IMG/VR virus record: IMGVR_UViG_3300033148_004210
Location: 37,596 to 101,595 of that record
Strand: one strand, 5' to 3'
From: a virus
DNA: 64,000 bases
The translations under genes were made by a program, and so were the position numbers. Below are positions 19,581 through 30,113 of the stretch, piece after piece (within the stretch, counting starts at the first letter, position 1; the number at the start of each line of letters is the position of its first letter). Under the pieces are notes generated by a model. That model was given only the letters and a program-made list of their open reading frames with translations. It made no database searches and had not been told where the DNA came from.

Positions 19581-20024
19581 TTATTGATTTTGATTATATT
19601 CTACTGCCATATATCTTAAAATAGACTGTAAACTAGAAATCGCTTTTTCAGCAGATTCTTTATAACCTAAAATTAAATTTTTAATTCTTCTGTATGCACT
19701 AACTTCCCCACTTGCTTGTTTTTCTGAAGAGGCAGAAATAAACTTTTTACCAGCATTTTCGACATCAATTCTGATTTGATTATATGCTCGTATTTCACGA
19801 TTTTTCTTTTCTGTTTCTGCAATAGCTAATGCTGTGCGAAGATTGGAAAAAGTGCCTGTTAATTCTGTAAGGGCTGATTTTACTTCTTCTGGATTATTTA
19901 CAATATTAGTTTGCATAAGATTTGCATAATAATCCGTTTTATCAAAATCGGCTTTTAATTCTTCCAATACTTTATCAAGAGTTTCTTCTTTTTTAAATAA
20001 ATTTTCTAATTCTAATATTCTCAT
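19581..20024 (-). CDS. Helical protein, possibly UvsY-like recombination mediator
   Basis: Size, all-helical composition and proximity to recA; weak. Confidence 0.35.
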   Translation of the reverse strand: MRILELENLFKKEETLDKVLEELKADFDKTDYYANLMQTNIVNNPEEVKSALTELTGTFSNLRTALAIAETEKKNREIRAYNQIRIDVENAGKKFISASSEKQASGEVSAYRRIKNLILGYKESAEKAISSLQSILRYMAVEYNQNQ

Positions 20025-20931
20025 GTTTTCTCCTTTTTTATTTTTTCGGTTAATTTTTCTCTTATAATTTCTCTAACTTTTTCTGGTTGTTTCTTTAGTA
20101 AAATCGAACTAAAATAATCTATTGATGTTGCTTTATGAGTTTTTTGGTTATAAGCGTAATATCCTAACATTAATGAACCTGCACTACTTTTAACTGAATT
20201 AGGGTCTATTATTATAATATATTTTTGTCCATTTACTTGAAATCGTTTCCCTTTAAAATGTTTATCTATTCTCATTATTTTTTCTCCTTTTTATTTATAC
20301 TTTTCTTTTTTTTAAAACTTAAACATCTATTACAACCATAATAATATTCATGTGCTCTTTTGTTATGACCACAAATACAAGTTTTTCTTTTATAACTCAT
20401 AATATATCTCCCAATTTAGTTATACCTAAATTACTATTCATAATTGATTTCAAGTATTTTACGTCCATGTTCAGTTGTTATCACGATAGATTTCTTTAAC
20501 TCAAGAATTACTAATGAATAAAGATTATAAAGGTCTTTTGTAAGGTCTAAGTCTCCATAAAAAATTTCATGGTCTTGTCCTTTAAAAAAATCTTTAATAT
20601 CTTCCAATCGGGCTTTGTAAGTCGTTTTAGTATAAATTCTGGCATTAAAGACTGTTAGATTATTAGGATTTCTGTCATGATAACCAGATTTACTTCCAAG
20701 TAATCTTCCAAAATTAAATCCGTATTTTTGAAAAACGTCTAAATATTCTTTATTCATTATCTGCCTCCTGAATAGAATCTCCGTCTCCTAATTCAAATCT
20801 GATTTTTCCTTCATCTCCATAAACTTCATAGCCAACCAACACTAATGCTGATATTAAATCTTTCCAAGCTTCCCTAGAAACTTCTTCCGCACCTGACCAC
20901 CTATCAATATTTATCATTGTTTTTTTATTCA

Positions 20932-21603
20932 TTATTTTATTTCTCCTTTAAAGTCTTTTGTTTTTATTTTAGTTATTATTCTATATCCTCTTCTGTCTCT
21001 TAATTCGTATTTTAGTTTGCCTACTACTCCTTCGGCTATAAAGTCTCCAAATGTTGAATACACTCCTTTTTTAATACTGCTAATTGCACAATCAATGGTA
21101 GTTTCTCCTATAATAGGAACAATCCCTATTCCTAATTGGTCGGCTATTTTTTCCAGGTCTTCCCTTTTTAGCCAATAATTACCTATCTTAATATCGAATA
21201 AAATAAATTCTACTCGCTTTTCTCCATTAACATATTTGCCACCAGTTTGTATTTTATATCCGTATCCTTCTCCGTAGAGACAAACATCAGGCAGTTCATC
21301 TCCCATTCCAAATATTTCTTTCATTTTTTCTAAAGGAAATAATTGCTGTAATTTTTCTAATAAATGTTTAGGCACATCTGCTTTATCTGTCTTCCCTTTG
21401 AATTCTATTTCAGGATAACATAAAGGACAAGTATAATAACAAACTCTAATATTAGTTCCATCTATTTTTTCTGTCCAGACCCATTGTAAGTCTTTTAAGA
21501 ATTCAAATTCAGGTTTACTGTATTCTCCGATAATAAATTTACCTTTCTTCGCTCCTTCTAAATATCTTTTATACAATCCGTTGATTTTTGGGTATTGATT
21601 CAT
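20932..21603 (-). CDS. RNA ligase (Rnl2-like nucleotidyltransferase)
   Basis: YPKI, TEKIDGTN (KxDG), LYGEGYG, FILFD, AEGVV, ITKIK. Start moved to the ATG at 21603. Confidence 0.85.
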   Translation of the reverse strand: MNQYPKINGLYKRYLEGAKKGKFIIGEYSKPEFEFLKDLQWVWTEKIDGTNIRVCYYTCPLCYPEIEFKGKTDKADVPKHLLEKLQQLFPLEKMKEIFGMGDELPDVCLYGEGYGYKIQTGGKYVNGEKRVEFILFDIKIGNYWLKREDLEKIADQLGIGIVPIIGETTIDCAISSIKKGVYSTFGDFIAEGVVGKLKYELRDRRGYRIITKIKTKDFKGEIK

Positions 21604-22565
21604 TATTTCATTACCTTCCATATTTGTTTTTCTATATGTTCCCAATCTTTATCTGTTAGCAATTTTATGAAGTTATCTTTCCCTACCGCTTTCTTTTTAC
21701 CGTAAGTATATGTCTTTCCTGATAATTCAATTATTAAATATTTTAATGCACTAAAGAATACGCATTTTTTATTGTTAATTTTGCCAGTTATAAAAAAGTC
21801 AATAACGCCTCTACGATATGCTCTGCCTTTTTTATTCTTCTTTGCAAAAATATTAATCTCCATCCCTATTCTTTCCTTCTTATCTCCACTACCTACATCT
21901 ATAGGTTTACCAGCTCTGAATTGGATTCGTGAATCGTATAAATGTTTTAAAGCCCTACCCCCAGCAGTATGTTCTGGATTACCATACATAACCCCGACTT
22001 TTTCTCTTAGTTGATTAATAAAAATTACTGTAGTTTTATATTTATTTCTTATCCTATTAATTTTCCTACACATTGGAGAATTAACACTTGCTTGAGATGC
22101 CATTGTTTTTTCTGTTAAATCTCGTTCTATTTCAGCCTCTGGAACTAACGCTACAATACTATCAATAACTATTAAATCTACTTGGGGAATTAATTCTAAA
22201 AGACATTCCCCAGCTTCTTCTAAAGTATCAGGAGTAATAAGCAATATATTGTCATTATCTACTCCATTTATTTTAGCCCATTGAGGGTCATAAGAAGCTT
22301 CAGCATTAATGAAAGCACAAGTCTTACCTAATTTTTGATATTTAGCAATAATCTTTAAAGCAAAAGTAGTTTTACCAGAAGATTCTCCACCATAAAATTC
22401 TATCATATGTCCACCAGAATATTGGGAGATACCGCCATCAAGACAATAATCAAGAGGATAAACCCCTGTCCTAATCTTAGGCTCTACAATAATATCAGAA
22501 CCTTTTTGAACTTTGTAATTTTTTTCCAATGAGTTTAAAAGTTTATTTAGTTTTTCATTTTTCAT
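21603..22565 (-). CDS. recA: RecA/UvsX recombinase
   Basis: EFYGGESSGKTT, IVIDSIVALVP.AE, FINQLREKVGVMYGNPE.TAGGRALK. Confidence 0.93.
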   Translation of the reverse strand: MKNEKLNKLLNSLEKNYKVQKGSDIIVEPKIRTGVYPLDYCLDGGISQYSGGHMIEFYGGESSGKTTFALKIIAKYQKLGKTCAFINAEASYDPQWAKINGVDNDNILLITPDTLEEAGECLLELIPQVDLIVIDSIVALVPEAEIERDLTEKTMASQASVNSPMCRKINRIRNKYKTTVIFINQLREKVGVMYGNPEHTAGGRALKHLYDSRIQFRAGKPIDVGSGDKKERIGMEINIFAKKNKKGRAYRRGVIDFFITGKINNKKCVFFSALKYLIIELSGKTYTYGKKKAVGKDNFIKLLTDKDWEHIEKQIWKVMK

Positions 22566-23036
22566 TTTCTTCCCATCTTTCTTCAGGAATGTCTCCTCGT
22601 TTTAATCCTTCTTTAACTCTCTCTATATTTCCAGGTCTTCCCATAAGTTTGGCAATTCTTTCTAAAGTTTTGCCTTTTTGAAACTCGGCTATTATTTTTT
22701 TATCTGTTCCGTTTAAATGACCCATTATTGTATTCCTTTGCTAAATCAGGATACCAAAAACTTGAAACAGTATTTGACCCTTCTATTTTATCGTCTATTT
22801 CATTTATTCTCAATTGGGTTCTTACCATTTCTATAGGAATTCGTTTAGTTGTTTCTATTATCGCAAACCCCCCATTATGTTCGAATCCTAAAGAATGTAA
22901 AATTTTTAAAACCTTATTAAAATGCTTGCTATCTTCTTTAGAATATATTCGAGTTTCAAGACAAGTATATAATCGAGGAACTACAGAATTATTATAAGAA
23001 CATCTGGTTATAATTTGACCATAATGCCATTTCATT

Positions 23037-23606
23037 TTATTCCTCCACCAATCCTGCTAAAGCTAATACACACGCATCTGCAATATCTTGGTCTTTTATT
23101 TTTAATTTCAAATCCAACGCATTATTGATATATTCTACGATTTCTTTTTTGAGTGCATGTCCCTTTATTTTTTTAGAAGATTTTTTAAAATTTACTTTAT
23201 TTCTTGCCGAAGTTGGTAATAGAAATTTCTGCTTACGAGCCAATCCTTTAAATTTATCATAAACAAGCACCGAATGACGAGCCAATGCTTTAAGCGTATT
23301 GACATTAGACCCAAAATAACAATCTTCAATAATATTAATATCTATTTTATAAGTTTTACTTATTTCCATAGCAAATTCATTTAATTGATTAATGAATAAA
23401 TCAAGAGCATCTATTTGAACTACATTTTTAGGAATAGTTATTTTTCGGGTTTTATCTATAATAAGATAACTATCAGTAGTTCTAATAACAGCTACCCCTG
23501 TGCTTCGAACACTAACATCCCAACCTATAGAAATCATATTAGGTTTCAAGTGGATTCCTAAAAAAGCTTCTACTCTGGATTTATTAATCTTTTTTATTGG
23601 TTTCAT
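23037..23606 (-). CDS. RuvC-like Holliday junction resolvase
   Basis: IGWDVS..STGVA, IIED.Y...N...L..LA, DIADA..LA. Confidence 0.8.
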   Translation of the reverse strand: MKPIKKINKSRVEAFLGIHLKPNMISIGWDVSVRSTGVAVIRTTDSYLIIDKTRKITIPKNVVQIDALDLFINQLNEFAMEISKTYKIDINIIEDCYFGSNVNTLKALARHSVLVYDKFKGLARKQKFLLPTSARNKVNFKKSSKKIKGHALKKEIVEYINNALDLKLKIKDQDIADACVLALAGLVEE

Positions 23607-25491
23607 TTTGTTTTATTTTTTCCTGTTCAATTTCTTCTACTGTTTTTACTAAATGATTTTCCCAATCATATAAACAAGGTATAGGAAATCTTTTACGTCT
23701 TATTTTTGCATCTCTTACGTTTTCTACTAAAAATTGAGTATCCGTTCCTTCTTCGTTATTATAAACATATTTTGCTAATAAAGCAGGGAATTGTCCTATT
23801 TGGTCTTTTGCAAAAAAGTTATCGTCATTTCTTAATTGCACGAAACAAATTAAAAATCCATTTGTCTTTTTAACTTTTTCTATAAGTTCTGCAAATACAT
23901 TATCAGTTCTCGCAAAATCATCTGGTTTAACCCAATCGAATATAGTTACTTTTCCTTCTCTTAAAATTACTTTGGAAGGACTACTTACCCACGCACTAGA
24001 AAAATCGCCACCCTTCATACCTAATTTTAAAGCCACTTTAGCAAATCTTCCACCAGTTTCATTGTAAATATAATCTGGCTTTATTCCTTGATTAACTAAT
24101 TTTTTTACAAAGTTCATCGAAAGGGTCGTCTTCCCGTATTTATTTTGACTTCCTATTATTATTAAATCTTGTTGATTAAAATAAGCCCAATTATGAAAAT
24201 AAGGCACTTTAAATTTTATAGGAACTCCGATTTGAAGTAATTCTTCTGACCAATCTAATTGTTTAATTATTGAATACTTAGCACCTCGTTTACATAAATA
24301 TTCTTCTCTAACTAAATATTCCAATACTTTATCTACTCTCTTTTTTTCTTCCCCTCTATTAGTTCCTGCAATAGTCATTGCCATTTCTGTTCTACTCATT
24401 TCGCCAGTTTCTTTTAAATGTTCAAGCACTTTATGAGCTAATTCTTTTTCATCAAATACATTATATTTATCCAATTCTCTAATCATAGCTCTTATTGCTT
24501 GTTGTTGCATAGGTTTTTCTAACATGTGCTTATTTAAAACATTTAATACATATTTTGTTTGGTCAATATTTAATTGTTTTCTTAAAATACCCCCTAATTT
24601 TATAAATTCGGTATTACAACTTCCATCTAAATTATTATTTTTTAAAAGAAATTTTTTCGGGTCTATTTTAAAATCTTCAGTTATAATATCTTCTCTTAAT
24701 TTTTCGCTATTCGTTTTTCTTGGCACTGTTATTTTAGAAAGTAAAAGTTTTTTTAATTCCTTTGGCATTTCTATAATTGGGCGTATTTGTATTATTCGTG
24801 AAATATCTTTAACTTTAGAAGGATAAATAACAACTTGACCGCCCTCATTTTCAATATCTATTTTAAGAGAATCTATTCTTGTTTTTGGAAAGTTTTTATC
24901 ATATTTATAGAAAAGGTGAAACCCATTAGTAGATTCTTGTGTTAAAGTTTTACCCATTAACTTTTTTATTTCTTCAGGAATAGGTTTTTGGTCTATATCT
25001 ATAATAATAATATTACTTTTACTACCAGTTTTAACTCCTAAATTTAATCCATTAACTAACCACCCCTGCCATTCGTCTTTTTCCTTGTGGTTTTTATTTG
25101 TCCAATCTTTTTCGATAGGTTTTTTTTGGTTATTAGCAATAGGAACTAAATCGAATCCGTTTTCTACATAAAAATCTAAAACTTTTTCTATATTTATTTC
25201 GTCTGTTTTTGTCATTACTTTTACTTTTAATAATTCTTTAAGATAATGATATTGTTCTTCTTCATCGACAGGAAAATTTTTCTCTATTTTTTTAGCTATA
25301 TCTAAAACGGTATATTTCTTTTTACAAACAAAACAATTCACAATATTTGTATTGGGAATGATATTTGCTACCATCTTATCTTGATTACAAAAAGGACATT
25401 TTACCATTATCACCTTGCCAGATTTTTTATAAGGAATTTTTCTTAATTTTAAATATTGAAGTAAATAAGTCTCTATAATTTTTTTATACAT
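23584..25491 (-). CDS. Zn-finger + bifunctional primase-polymerase + C-terminal P-loop (helicase-like) protein
   Basis: CPFC/CFVC; K.P....W, NLGVKTG..S..IIIDID, ST..G.HLFY, GGQVVIYPS (Prim-Pol); GSQNKYGKTT Walker A. Confidence 0.8.
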   Translation of the reverse strand: MYKKIIETYLLQYLKLRKIPYKKSGKVIMVKCPFCNQDKMVANIIPNTNIVNCFVCKKKYTVLDIAKKIEKNFPVDEEEQYHYLKELLKVKVMTKTDEINIEKVLDFYVENGFDLVPIANNQKKPIEKDWTNKNHKEKDEWQGWLVNGLNLGVKTGSKSNIIIIDIDQKPIPEEIKKLMGKTLTQESTNGFHLFYKYDKNFPKTRIDSLKIDIENEGGQVVIYPSKVKDISRIIQIRPIIEMPKELKKLLLSKITVPRKTNSEKLREDIITEDFKIDPKKFLLKNNNLDGSCNTEFIKLGGILRKQLNIDQTKYVLNVLNKHMLEKPMQQQAIRAMIRELDKYNVFDEKELAHKVLEHLKETGEMSRTEMAMTIAGTNRGEEKKRVDKVLEYLVREEYLCKRGAKYSIIKQLDWSEELLQIGVPIKFKVPYFHNWAYFNQQDLIIIGSQNKYGKTTLSMNFVKKLVNQGIKPDYIYNETGGRFAKVALKLGMKGGDFSSAWVSSPSKVILREGKVTIFDWVKPDDFARTDNVFAELIEKVKKTNGFLICFVQLRNDDNFFAKDQIGQFPALLAKYVYNNEEGTDTQFLVENVRDAKIRRKRFPIPCLYDWENHLVKTVEEIEQEKIKQNETNKKD

Positions 25492-26002
25492 TTATCCAGT
25501 CCTCTCCATTCCATATTTTATTGAATTTTTCTTTCATCACGAACGCAAGCCAGAGCTGTTCCATAGAATTTATCTTTTCATTATCTTGGATAAAACTTGA
25601 AAAATCCCATATCAAGTCATGGGGGAATTTTTTCGACCAAGCATATTTGTCTTTCAACATCTCCTGCAACTGGTCTTGACGAGGACAAAATATTACATTA
25701 TTAATAAGAGTTACCACCCCTGCTCCATCTGTCATTCCTTGAGCTATCTTCACTAACTTTTCCTTTACTCCAATTTTACAACTACCACCGAAACCATTAA
25801 GACTCGAAATATATCCGTATCGTTCAAAAGGAAGACTATAATATGCCCATTTATTCTTGCCAAATAAATAAGTTTCCCAATTATAACTCCTGCCTTCAAC
25901 CATTCCTTTTGTGGAAACGAAATCTCCTATTAATGGTTTCCACTTTTTCTGTATCTCCTTTGCCTTCTCACACATTTTTATATATTCTTTTAAATTGTCC
26001 AT
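25484..26002 (-). CDS. Conserved phage hypothetical protein
   Basis: YIKMCEKAKEIQ..W.P..GD, PRQDQLQEM and SMEQLWLAFVM.EK..K.WNGE.W pattern. Confidence 0.6.
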   Translation of the reverse strand: MDNLKEYIKMCEKAKEIQKKWKPLIGDFVSTKGMVEGRSYNWETYLFGKNKWAYYSLPFERYGYISSLNGFGGSCKIGVKEKLVKIAQGMTDGAGVVTLINNVIFCPRQDQLQEMLKDKYAWSKKFPHDLIWDFSSFIQDNEKINSMEQLWLAFVMKEKFNKIWNGEDWINV

Positions 26003-26159
26003 ATTATTCCTTATTTGATACTATCTACGAACCAGCCCGTTTTACCATTAATTATCATATAATATCCATCACAATATTTGCCTGTATTATTACAATTTTT
26101 ACAAATACCTTTCTCATCAGGATGATGATAAGTGCATTTTTGATATAAAGGAATAAACT

Positions 26160-26621
26160 CTACCTTTGGTTTCTTTTCCTTCGACATCGCTTTCTCCTTT
26201 TTGCTATTGTAATTTTAATGTATTTTAATTTAAGAATTGCATAAATAAAAAATGCCGAAATAATTGCTAATGTATATTGACCCATACCGCATAAAATTCC
26301 AACTCCTACAATAGACCAAATACAAGCAGAAGTAGTTATTCCCCGAACTTTACGCTTGTCTCCTACTATTACTATACCTGCTAAAAACCCGACCCCTGCG
26401 ACAACATATGCAATTATTCTCGAAAAGTCATAACTAAAGTCTAATTGTTTTGAAAGAGGGAGCAATAGGAAAGGAAGTAAAGTAAAAATTGTAGACCCTA
26501 AACTAATAAGCATTAAAGTTCTCAACCCTGCATTTTTATCTTGTTCTTCGCGTTCCCAACCAATAAAAAAACTTAATATTACTGAAAGCCCCAATCTTAC
26601 TAAATAAGTTAATTCTATCAT
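26160..26621 (-). CDS. MgtC/SapB family membrane protein
   Basis: IGWERE...K.AGLRT.MLI.LGS..F, D.SRI.A.VV.GVGFL, V.G.TT.A.IW....VG...G.G. Confidence 0.9.
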   Translation of the reverse strand: MIELTYLVRLGLSVILSFFIGWEREEQDKNAGLRTLMLISLGSTIFTLLPFLLLPLSKQLDFSYDFSRIIAYVVAGVGFLAGIVIVGDKRKVRGITTSACIWSIVGVGILCGMGQYTLAIISAFFIYAILKLKYIKITIAKRRKRCRRKRNQR

Positions 26622-27046
26622 ATAAACTATCCTATTGCAATATTAATAATATTTTGTAATTTAATTAAAATTTCAGTCCAATTTAAAAGTAAATCTTGAA
26701 GCCACCAAAGAACGAAAACAAATTCAAAAGTAATTAAAGTATATGTAGTCATCTTTGTCCAGTAATTTGTTGGGGCACAATTTAAATGCCTTGACAATAT
26801 ACTTCTCTTTTTTATCTTACTTTTTTTTATTTTTCGACGTTTTATTCGCCTTCTTTGCTTCCGCATATAAAATTCCTTTTTTCTTTAAATAACGCATAAA
26901 ATCTTCTACAATGTAGCTTTCAATATCCAAAAGACAATCATGCACGATTTCTTTTATTTCGCTTTTAAATTTACGAATGGCTTTCACTCTGATTTTCTTT
27001 TTTATTTTTAAAGTAGGGGTTTTCATGTATAGTTCCTCTTATTATA

Positions 27047-27076
27047 AGTATACCACACTTCTATATGGTCTGTCAA
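27047..27076 (-). promoter_or_regulatory. Promoter TTGACA-N18-TATACT with extended -10
   Basis: TTGACAgaccatatagaagtgtggTATACT. Confidence 0.8.
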
Positions 27077-27202
27077 GGTTTTGAAACCAACTTTTGTTTT
27101 CTTAACTTATTTATATGCCATTGGGTATCACACCAAATACATCCGTATTTTGTTTTATAATTTTTATTTGGTAATTTTCTTTTACAATATCTACACTTCA
27201 TA

Positions 27203-27817
27203 TTAATCCCATAAGCTGAAAAAGTATTCAGCAAATAATCGAAATCCTTCTTCATATTCAAAAACTTCTTTACGATTCAAAACTTTCATACGATGTTTAG
27301 AATTTTCTAATGCTTTGGCTAATCTTCTATATTCTTTTTCTGTGAAATCTTTAAGGGGCAAATAACAAACCTTGCCATCGCTAATTTCTTTTGCTAATCT
27401 GAAAGTATTGATAATGGCATTTAAAATACAATCCCATTCATTTGCACATTCCAAATCGGTTTTCCCAGGCTTCCAAGTAGGCATCCCATGTTGGATTTTT
27501 TCAAGATGTTCTACTCCTCCCAAAATAACTTTTGACAAATAATGACTGAATTCCCAGGTGTCGCTATTAGCCCATCCTCTTCTCCCTCTTTGAAAAAAAT
27601 CTCTGATATTTCTTCTAATATCTCCAGGTAAACGAACCAATTGCCAAAAAAGCCCATAAAAATAAAGATAAATTCTATAATATAAATATTTTTCTCTTTC
27701 GTCTTTTTTGAAAAGTTCTTCTATAGTTTTATCACTTGGAGTTGTATAGTCTTTTAATATTGTTACTCGTCCTTCTTTAGCATCTTCGATACCTTTTTTT
27801 AGATTTTTATTCTTCAT
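27203..27817 (-). CDS. Phage hypothetical protein
   Basis: 204-aa ORF with a GAGGA RBS; QRG.RGW...D.W and EGF.LF.EYF..LWD pattern seen in phage proteins. Confidence 0.6.
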   Translation of the reverse strand: MKNKNLKKGIEDAKEGRVTILKDYTTPSDKTIEELFKKDEREKYLYYRIYLYFYGLFWQLVRLPGDIRRNIRDFFQRGRRGWANSDTWEFSHYLSKVILGGVEHLEKIQHGMPTWKPGKTDLECANEWDCILNAIINTFRLAKEISDGKVCYLPLKDFTEKEYRRLAKALENSKHRMKVLNRKEVFEYEEGFRLFAEYFFSLWD

Positions 27818-27977
27818 TTTTTCCTCCTATTTATTTCCTAAGTAAAAAAGAAATATATTCGCTGTTCCATAACAAAAAAATACACATCCTAACAAAAGAT
27901 TTTTACATAATATATAATTAAAAGCGGTTAAATATGACCAAAAAATTAGTCCTATCATCATAAAATTTGTTGACATA

Positions 27978-28601
27978 TTATTTACCTCGTTTTAACCATT
28001 TAGAATATCTTCTGTTAATTTCTTCAAATGTTACTGGATAAAAATTCCACACATCTACACCCACATTTATACAATCGGTAAAATTTTCTCCTCTTCTAAT
28101 TCTTTTAATTTCCCATTTATTATGAACATGTCCTGTAAAATTAATCTCATAATTAACATCAGCAAAATCTGGAATATGAACTAAATTAATTCGTTTACCT
28201 CCATAACCTATTACCAATCTTTCTATTATAGTTTTAGTGCTATTATTTTTATCATGATTACCTTTTAAATGAATTATTTTTCCATTTAAGTTTTCTTCCC
28301 ATTTAGAACTATTGATTTTAATTCCTTCTCCTCTTTTACTTGAACTGTTTTTAAAACAAAAATCTCCAATATGGAAAACTACATCTTCTGATTTTACTTT
28401 TTCGTTCCAACGTCGAATTAATTCTCGATTCATATTATTCAAAGACTGTGAACTGATTTTCCATCTTGCCTGTTTATCTATTGCTAAATTATTATAAATT
28501 TCTTTATCTTGTTTAGTCATAAATAAAGTTCTTCCGCAATATTTTATTATATTTGCATGACCAAGTTAAAGGTGGTAATCAGAGGTAAAAAAATATTTCA
28601 T
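27978..28601 (-). CDS. Calcineurin-like metallophosphoesterase with an in-frame TAA at codon 12 (candidate stop-hop; otherwise pseudogene)
   Basis: GGAGGT RBS, then ATG AAA TAT TTT TTT ACC TCT GAT TAC CAC CTT TAA CTT GGT CAT GCA AAT ATA ATA, in frame with ORF 27978..28520 (IGDF, GNHD, H.P, GHVH, INVGVD.W). Confidence 0.8.
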
Positions 28602-28973
28602 TTCTTACCTCCATTTACCACCTGTTTCCCCCTATAATTTTTTATTGTTTTAAGACATAATTTCTGTTCATACCAATTTAATTTAAACTTTTTTATTAAA
28701 TTAAATAATTGTTTTAAATTAATAGAATTACCATCACGATACCTATGTCCTTTTTTGGCTTTAATAAGATTTTCTCTATGAGTTATCAATTGACAATTAG
28801 CAGGATGTCTTAATAAAATAGTTTGAACATCTTCCATCGATATACCTACCATTTTTGTTTCCAATTCTTTTAGTTCGTTCTTTTAAAGTAGAATCTTTTA
28901 TATAAACTTTTATCATAGTTACACTTCTTTTTTTCTTTTCTTTTTCTGACCATTTATATCCCTTTTTAGGCAT
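28598..28973 (-). pseudogene. Decayed (deleted/frameshifted) HNH homing endonuclease
   Basis: MPKKGYKWSEKRKEKRS...GNKNGRYIDGR (NUMOD-like) stops early; a second frame carries ILLRHPANCQLITHRENLIK (HNH C-terminal half). Confidence 0.6.
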
Positions 28974-28979
28974 TTTTAT

Positions 28980-29018
28980 TTATTCCTTTTGTAAATCACT
29001 TGTAAAAAAATATTTCAT
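28980..29018 (-). repeat. Orphan duplicate of the phosphoesterase 5' end (MKYFFTSDLQKE*)
   Basis: ATGAAATATTTTTTTAC is identical to the start at 28601; has its own AAGGA RBS. Confidence 0.85.
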
Positions 29019-29181
29019 TTTATCCTTTTATATAATAGTAAACATATATCCAAATAATGCCATTAAAAGACTGATTATAGTTAATAGAGCATATCTTTTT
29101 TTACCACTGTATAAAAAAATGATAGGATATATTAAAATTCCCAATGTTCCTATAAGTTCAATTATAAATCCTATTATAAAA

Positions 29182-29709
29182 TTATTTGCCATTTAATTTC
29201 TCTAATACTTTTTTGAATGCTTTCGGATAAATTTTATCAGTAAACTTTATTACACTGACTAAATACTTAACTGCGTTTTTATAATATGGACGATAATGTT
29301 TTTTAATGGCTTTCATGGCAAACAATTCTGCTTTATATTCTGCATCAACTCTCTTTTTTGCTTCGGTTTTAATATGTCCCAATTCATGTAAAATAGTATG
29401 AATAATATCTTCTTTTGGAGTTGTCTTTAACATTTTCGCATTATATCTAATGATATATCGATACTTCTTAGTTTTTACATTTTGTGCTTCACAAACAGAA
29501 GCCATATAATATTTTCCTAATCTATTATCTTTCCTTAATAAAGGACGATTAATTTTTAAACGTCCACATATTTTGACTACAGAATCTTGAAAAAATTTTT
29601 CTTTGTTATCTTGATAATATTTTTTCCAATATTTTTGTAACTTCTTTTTATTTTTTCTTCTCCAAATTCGTCGATATTCTTTTTCATTCATTATTTTCGT
29701 TTTTTCCAC
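29182..29709 (-). CDS. HExxH zinc metallopeptidase-like protein
   Basis: ILHELGH...EYKAE.FA. Confidence 0.65.
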   Translation of the reverse strand: MEKTKIMNEKEYRRIWRRKNKKKLQKYWKKYYQDNKEKFFQDSVVKICGRLKINRPLLRKDNRLGKYYMASVCEAQNVKTKKYRYIIRYNAKMLKTTPKEDIIHTILHELGHIKTEAKKRVDAEYKAELFAMKAIKKHYRPYYKNAVKYLVSVIKFTDKIYPKAFKKVLEKLNGK

Positions 29710-30113
29710 TTCCTATTTGTGATAAGTATCCCCTTCATGTGGTCTACTTCATGTTGAACAGCAATTGCTTCTACTCCTTCATATGTTCTTGTTTTAAGAT
29801 TCTCAATAATTATTTTTTTAAATCGAATAGTATCTATCCTTAACCCAGGTAAACTTAAACACCTTTCTTGTTGATGTCTAAATTTAATTTCTTTCTCTAT
29901 AATCTTAGGATTAATTAAATTTATTTTTAACCCATGAATTCTAATTATTCCAACTTGTTTAGGAATCCCTATTTGAATAGCAGATAAACCAATGCCCTTA
30001 TCTAAATCAAGACTATCTTCTAAATCTTTAATAATCCCCTTTGCTTCCCCAAAAGTAGCTGGTTCGCTTATTTGTTTGAGAAATTTTATATCAGTAACGA
30101 TAGGTCTTTTCAT
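29691..30113 (-). CDS. def: Peptide deformylase
   Basis: GIGLSAIQIG, INP.I, ERCLS (EGCLS variant), QHEVDH..G. Confidence 0.92.
   Translation of the reverse strand: MKRPIVTDIKFLKQISEPATFGEAKGIIKDLEDSLDLDKGIGLSAIQIGIPKQVGIIRIHGLKINLINPKIIEKEIKFRHQQERCLSLPGLRIDTIRFKKIIIENLKTRTYEGVEAIAVQHEVDHMKGILITNRKWKKRK

Noticed and set aside
28566-28568. Genome-wide stop-codon reassignment
   Set aside because: Genes are intact under code 11, and TAA ends most ORFs.
28598-29018. Group I intron joining the upstream start to the phosphoesterase body
   Set aside because: No recognisable P7 core or terminal G at a suitable position, and the simple join would give Gln rather than the catalytic His.
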